From Sedimentisphaerales bacterium (GTDB lineage Bacteria > Planctomycetota > Phycisphaerae > Sedimentisphaerales > Anaerobacaceae): 64,000 nucleotides of DNA. The notes beneath the pieces were generated by a model, which was not told where the DNA came from, searched no databases, and worked only from the letters and a program-made list of their open reading frames with translations. The stretch covers positions 3,360,001 to 3,424,000 of the forward strand of contig OY970194.1 in NCBI GenBank assembly GCA_963708075.1. The letters run 5' to 3'. Within the stretch, counting starts at the first letter, position 1. The number at the start of each line of letters is the position of its first letter. Positions 59,566 through 64,000 of this stretch are shown here, in pieces. The translations under genes and the position numbers were made by a program.

Positions 59566-61296
59566 TCAGCGAAGCCCACGGGGCTTATGAATACGAATGG
59601 ACGGCGAGTCCGTGCTGGCACCATCGTCATCGGTCGCCCGTGCGCGCAGGCCAGGACTGGCGGTCATGTAGTTAAGGGGAGAGCCCGTCCAGTCCAACGC
59701 CCAACCATCGCTGCCGTCTGTGTCCTCGCCGATCTTCTCACCGTCGGCAAAGAACTCCACTTTCAAGACATACCCGTCGCTGTCCGATGCCTGAGCTTCG
59801 ATTCTGACCGTCTCGGGCAAGGGATTGAACGTGGTTCCATCTTCCGGAGTCGTGATAACAACGGTCGGGGGCTGGTTGCCCGTCTGTCCTGTCTCGCCCA
59901 GGCTCGCGTAGGCGGTTCCGCCGTAGGCCCCGAGGTTGATCCGCCCACCGTTGGGCTTTGGCTCCTTCGAGTAGTCGGCCTTCGGGTCGCCGGCGTTGAT
60001 GCAGGGACTGGTGACCTTGTCCAGGACCCATACTTCATGCCTGGCCCAGTAGCGGCCTCGCTCGCTCTGCAGATGGTAATCCTTCGCGTTGGGATCGACG
60101 AACAGCGGGTCGCTGGTGAAGTTGCCCTGGCCCGAGGACCCTCGCTGGATGCAACTATAGCGAGCGTCGCATCCGACCAGGTCGTCACCGGCGTTGTACC
60201 AGAAGATGCAGTTCGAGATATTGGGGTCGGCCCCGGCATAGGCCTCCAGGCCGTACTTGTTCGCAACCACGGTCAGATTCCGGATCGTCGGCGAGCTTTG
60301 CACGAGGAAGACGCCGAGGAAGCTGTCTCGGATAATGAAGTTCTCCAGCACGCTGGCAGGCCCTTCGCCGGTGCAGAACGACACGGCGAACTCGGTCCCC
60401 ACCGTCAGGACGGCGGCATGGCCGGCGCTGCGAACAGTGATGGCCTTGCCCAGGAAGTCAATCGGTTGGCGATAGACGCCCGGGTAGACCAGGATTGTGC
60501 TGCCATCGATGGCGGAGTCGATTCCCTTCTGGATGGTGGCAAACGCCGTCCCGGTAGTCAGGCCATCATTGTTGTCGCTGCCCTTCTTACTATCGACGTA
60601 GTAGACCGGGGTCAGCAGCATTTCGCGCGTCGTGAAGCTCCAAACCGGACCGCGCTTCTTGAAGGGCTTCCCGTGAGAGTCCACCGTTTCGTCGATGCGC
60701 CAGTAGTACGTCGTGCTCAGGCTCAGGGGCCCGGGATCGTATTCAGTGGCTCCCTGCTTGCCCTTGAAGGTCTCGCTTGCGCCTTGGTCGACCATAGCCT
60801 TGTCGACACCAAAATACACATCGTGTGCGACGGCCAACCTGCCGGGTGTCCACGTGAGTTTCACGACTGGGTCCACACCTATGGCGCCGTCGGCCGGTGC
60901 GGGGTTGCTCGCAGTGTACCCCTGCGTCGTAAAGCTCCAGACATCTCCGGTGTGAATCGTGGTCGTGCCGGCTTCGACTTCGTCGATCCGCCAGTAATAA
61001 GTGGTCCCCGGCGTCAAGCCAGCGCTGTAAAAGTACATCGATACGCCGAGAGGTTGCCGACCTTTGAAGTCCGCCGGCCCTGGCTGCGGTTTGGCGCCGA
61101 CGTACACATCATGCCAGACCGCCGTGGCGCCCGGCGTCCATTCCAGCAGCGCCAGGGTCACCCCGGTTGCGCCCTCCGCGGGGCTGGGGTTGGTTGCTTT
61201 GAGTTCGGCCGCCGCACTCCTTGCTGCCGGGGACCATGCCGGCAGAATCAGGGCCGCGATGGCCACAACGATTGCGAACTTCCGTCTGCTCTCCAT
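59566..61296 (-). CDS. Secreted modular protein: two Fn3-like repeats, a beta-helix region and a C-terminal Ig-like domain
   Basis: Signal peptide, two copies of 'NP.PA.GA...HDVY.G...TTYYWRIDE...G.VWSFTT', 'AFATIQKGID', 'DPLFVD...DYHL', 'RINLGAYGGT', 'NQPPTVVITTP...VEFF'. Confidence 0.75.
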   Translation of the reverse strand: MESRRKFAIVVAIAALILPAWSPAARSAAAELKATNPSPAEGATGVTLALLEWTPGATAVWHDVYVGAKPQPGPADFKGRQPLGVSMYFYSAGLTPGTTYYWRIDEVEAGTTTIHTGDVWSFTTQGYTASNPAPADGAIGVDPVVKLTWTPGRLAVAHDVYFGVDKAMVDQGASETFKGKQGATEYDPGPLSLSTTYYWRIDETVDSHGKPFKKRGPVWSFTTREMLLTPVYYVDSKKGSDNNDGLTTGTAFATIQKGIDSAIDGSTILVYPGVYRQPIDFLGKAITVRSAGHAAVLTVGTEFAVSFCTGEGPASVLENFIIRDSFLGVFLVQSSPTIRNLTVVANKYGLEAYAGADPNISNCIFWYNAGDDLVGCDARYSCIQRGSSGQGNFTSDPLFVDPNAKDYHLQSERGRYWARHEVWVLDKVTSPCINAGDPKADYSKEPKPNGGRINLGAYGGTAYASLGETGQTGNQPPTVVITTPEDGTTFNPLPETVRIEAQASDSDGYVLKVEFFADGEKIGEDTDGSDGWALDWTGSPLNYMTASPGLRARATDDDGASTDSPSIRIHKPRGLR

Positions 61297-61605
61297 TGTT
61301 CCGCCCTTTCATATCTCTGTCGCCAGTGAGTAACGCAGACACTGTGCCTGCGCAAAGTTCGCCGTGGACGTGACTGGTGCCGGTTTTCCATGCAGTCTCT
61401 GCGGCCCACAGACGCGCGACATGCAACGTCGTGCCGCACCGGCGCACAAAGATGTACTCACTTCGAAGGCAGGAACGATATGACAGAAAGATGTTGTATA
61501 ATGGCGAAGAGCATATGATGACGACTCTGCCCTGCCTTCGCGCTTTTACCAGACGTCATTCTACCCACGCCAACATCCGCCGTGCAAGAAAATTCCCCAT
61601 CTTTT

Positions 61606-62046
61606 TTACCCAATTCGTGCGCCGGCTTGCTCAAGAATCTCTGAGGCGGCGGCGATATCAGGAAGGTGGACGCGGACCTCAATCTGCCCGCTGGCCTGCG
61701 TGCTCTGTTCGGATGCGTTAAATGCCAACGAGAGGTACGTGGGCCTGACCGCAAATATCATCTTCTTGAACAGTGCATCATCGTAGGCCACGTTGATGTT
61801 GATTTCACTGTAGCGTTTGGCTTTCACGACCATCTTCCGCTCTGACAGAACGAAGTACCCGATGAAGCTGATTCGTCTGTACCCACTTCGAACGCCCTGC
61901 GCCCTATAGTGCCGGAATATGGCCGTCTCCAGGACCCCTTCAGCCAGATACACGATTCGCCCCTCCGACTCGACCTGTGCTCGCACTGCTTCTGGCAGTC
62001 GCCCCAGCCCGAGGCCCGCCGCCAGTCTCTGCACCAATGTGCCCAT
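61606..62046 (-). CDS. Hypothetical protein
   Basis: 146-aa ORF with GGAGG RBS upstream of ATG 62046. No recognisable family. Confidence 0.6.
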   Translation of the reverse strand: MGTLVQRLAAGLGLGRLPEAVRAQVESEGRIVYLAEGVLETAIFRHYRAQGVRSGYRRISFIGYFVLSERKMVVKAKRYSEININVAYDDALFKKMIFAVRPTYLSLAFNASEQSTQASGQIEVRVHLPDIAAASEILEQAGARIG

Positions 62047-62327
62047 CAGCTATCCTCCAAATGCGAACAAAAAGCTGAATCTCGACAGAATACTCAATTG
62101 CCGATACCTATGGTAGTCGCTCGTCGTTACCAATGATCGCCGCAGAGGCCGGATGAATCAAGAGGGCGGGCAGGAAGTCCAGCCTCTCTTGGGGCCCAAA
62201 CACGAAATCACACGGCCAGGGCCAACTGGGGACTCTGAGAGCTTGGCGCCGGGTCAGTACGGGTATAGACTCCTTTGAGAACAAAGGGTGACACACCTAA
62301 CGGCAAAGAGGTTCACATGAGAAAGGG

Positions 62328-63326
62328 ATGGGTATGAAGGCGAAGACATGTTTCATTTCGGTGGTGGTGGTTCTGGTGCTCGGCGTCACGGGCATGGCAA
62401 GGGAAAGGCCTGCGAAGAAAGAGGGAGCCAGAGGCACGGGCCTGGTTGCGGCCGGGGCGGAGGTCAAGAAGCTTGCCGGGGATTTCAAATTCACCGAGGG
62501 TCCGGCGGCGGATGCGAAGGGCGATGTGTACTTCAGTGACATTCCGAACAACCGGATTCTCAAATGGTCCGTCGAGGAGGGCAAGCTCAGCACGTTCTTG
62601 GAGAATTCGGGCGGGGCCAACGGGCTGTACTTCGATAAGGACGGCAATCTCATTGCCTGCCAGGGCGGCGACCGGCGGCTGGTCTCCATCTCGCCCAAGG
62701 GCGAAGTCACTGTGCTCGCGGATAAGTATGAAGGCAAGAAGTTCAACAGTCTCAACGATCTCTGGATCGATCCCAAGGGCGGCATCTATTTCACCGATCC
62801 GCGCTATGGGGGCCGTGAGGGCATGGAACAGGATGGCGAGCACGTATATTACCTGACGCCGGACCGCAAGAGCGTCATTCGCGTGATCAATGACATGGTC
62901 CGCCCGAACGGCGTCATCGGCACACCCAACGGCAGGAGGCTCTTCGTCGCCGATCATGGCGCCGGGAAAACCTTCGTGTACAGCATCAACAAGGACGGCA
63001 CCCTGACCGACAAGCAGCTTCTTGTCGAGCAGGGCTCCGATGGCGTGACCCTCGACAGCCGGGGCGACGTCTATCTGACCGGAAAGGCCGTCACCGTCCA
63101 CAACCGCAAGGGACAGAAGATCCAGGAGATCGCCGTCCCCGAAGGGCCGGCCAACGTCACCTTCGGCGGCAAGGACAATCAGACCCTGTTCATCACGGCC
63201 CGGACGTCTCTCTACTCCATCCCGATGGAAGTCAAGGGCGCGCCAACACCGGTCCGAAAGGGCGAGCAACCCGCTCAAGAAGCCAAGAGGAACAAGACGA
63301 CAAAGAAAGGCAAGCGGCAGAAATAG
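62328..63326 (+). CDS. Secreted SMP-30/gluconolactonase family protein
   Basis: Signal peptide, 'FKFTEGPA', 'GANGL', 'NSLNDL', 'YFTDP', 'PNGV', 'SDGVT', 'PANVTFGG'. Confidence 0.88.
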   Translation: MGMKAKTCFISVVVVLVLGVTGMARERPAKKEGARGTGLVAAGAEVKKLAGDFKFTEGPAADAKGDVYFSDIPNNRILKWSVEEGKLSTFLENSGGANGLYFDKDGNLIACQGGDRRLVSISPKGEVTVLADKYEGKKFNSLNDLWIDPKGGIYFTDPRYGGREGMEQDGEHVYYLTPDRKSVIRVINDMVRPNGVIGTPNGRRLFVADHGAGKTFVYSINKDGTLTDKQLLVEQGSDGVTLDSRGDVYLTGKAVTVHNRKGQKIQEIAVPEGPANVTFGGKDNQTLFITARTSLYSIPMEVKGAPTPVRKGEQPAQEAKRNKTTKKGKRQK

Positions 63327-63333
63327 CCGGCGG

Positions 63334-63999
63334 CTACGTCAAAGTTTGCAGACGCGGGAAGAATTGTTCGAGGAAGCCGCCGACGCCGTGAAGGATCATG
63401 GCGACCGCTTTAGCCGCGAGGAAGATGTAGAGCAGCCGGGCAATCATCATCCCGGCGTACGGGCCGGTCAGACGCATCAACGTGTGGGCATTCCGCGCGA
63501 TCAGGAATACGAAGAAGAACGTCACTACCGCCGTGATAACCATCAGGCCCTGGCCGATGGCCTGTGTCGTGATGATGGTCACCGTGAGCGCGCCGGGACC
63601 GACCATGATGGGAAACGCGATGGGGAACACGGCGACCATCATGCGATCTTTAGGGTGCTGGTACACGTCCCCGTGCGGCATGATGCCATGAAGGGCGATG
63701 ATGAACAGGAGGATGCCGCCGGCAATCTGCAGATCGTCCACGGTCACGTTGAACAGATAGGCCAGACTCCAATCGCCGATCAGGGTGAAAACGATGACGA
63801 CGCCGAGGGCCGTGAGGACGGCCAGGTTCATCACCCGCTTGCGTTCACGCTCCTGCAGGTCCCGTGTGAGATCGGCGTACACCGGGATATTTCCGATGGG
63901 ATTGACCACCGCGAACAGGAGCAGGCCGTGGTGTATCACCAGACCGATCGGCCCCGCCCATTCCTCCACCCCGCCTCTCTGGAGCATTGCCATCGCCAT
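63334..63999 (-). CDS. marC: MarC-family integral membrane protein (start at or just beyond the window edge)
   Basis: 'LFAVVNPIGNIPVY', 'LQIAGGILLF', 'FPIAFPIMVGPGAL'. Confidence 0.85.
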   Translation of the reverse strand: MAMAMLQRGGVEEWAGPIGLVIHHGLLLFAVVNPIGNIPVYADLTRDLQERERKRVMNLAVLTALGVVIVFTLIGDWSLAYLFNVTVDDLQIAGGILLFIIALHGIMPHGDVYQHPKDRMMVAVFPIAFPIMVGPGALTVTIITTQAIGQGLMVITAVVTFFFVFLIARNAHTLMRLTGPYAGMMIARLLYIFLAAKAVAMILHGVGGFLEQFFPRLQTLT

Positions 64000-64000
64000 G

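Noticed and set aside
61490..61721. TATAAT at about 61497 driving a plus-strand small ORF
   Set aside because: No matching -35, and the ORF overlaps the 3' end of the minus-strand gene without protein-like features.

Overview
A GC-rich bacterial chromosomal window with about 45 genes. The repeated 'PSPAxGA...YYWRIDE...GxVWSFTT' secreted modules, LamG proteins and carbohydrate-enzyme content suggest an anaerobic Planctomycetota (Phycisphaerae-like); this is inference. I found no rRNA, tRNA, CRISPR array or transposase. Layout: (1) 0.1-15.8 kb, carbohydrate/secreted hydrolases (GntP permease, Tat FAD oxidoreductase, several GH-like and multi-domain enzymes, an MsrC-like GAF protein). (2) 15.9-30.2 kb, a self-contained sigma54-controlled export locus: histidine kinase, enhancer-binding response regulator, UAS and -24/-12 promoter, TolC, a non-canonical adaptor-like membrane protein, a 32-codon collapsed permease remnant, one ABC ATPase, and four ABC-2-type permeases in A-B-(LamG)A-B order. 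(3) fcl/gmd, DUF2961 and DUF2130. (4) An ion-homeostasis stretch (mscL, two tandem P-type ATPases, a YbaL-like antiporter, SMR, CDF) with an orphan archaeal-type DHQ synthase II. (5) A small AT-richer defence islet (DUF262-HNH nuclease plus a BrnT-like TA pair). (6) GH120-like, secreted and gluconolactonase-family genes and marC. Intergenic spaces carry several families of REP-like palindromes, one of them inserted in-frame inside a gene. Four independent +1 frameshifts fall on the same heptamer GAGAACC, each repaired by reading GAGACC; this most likely reflects a DNA-modification motif causing base-calling errors.
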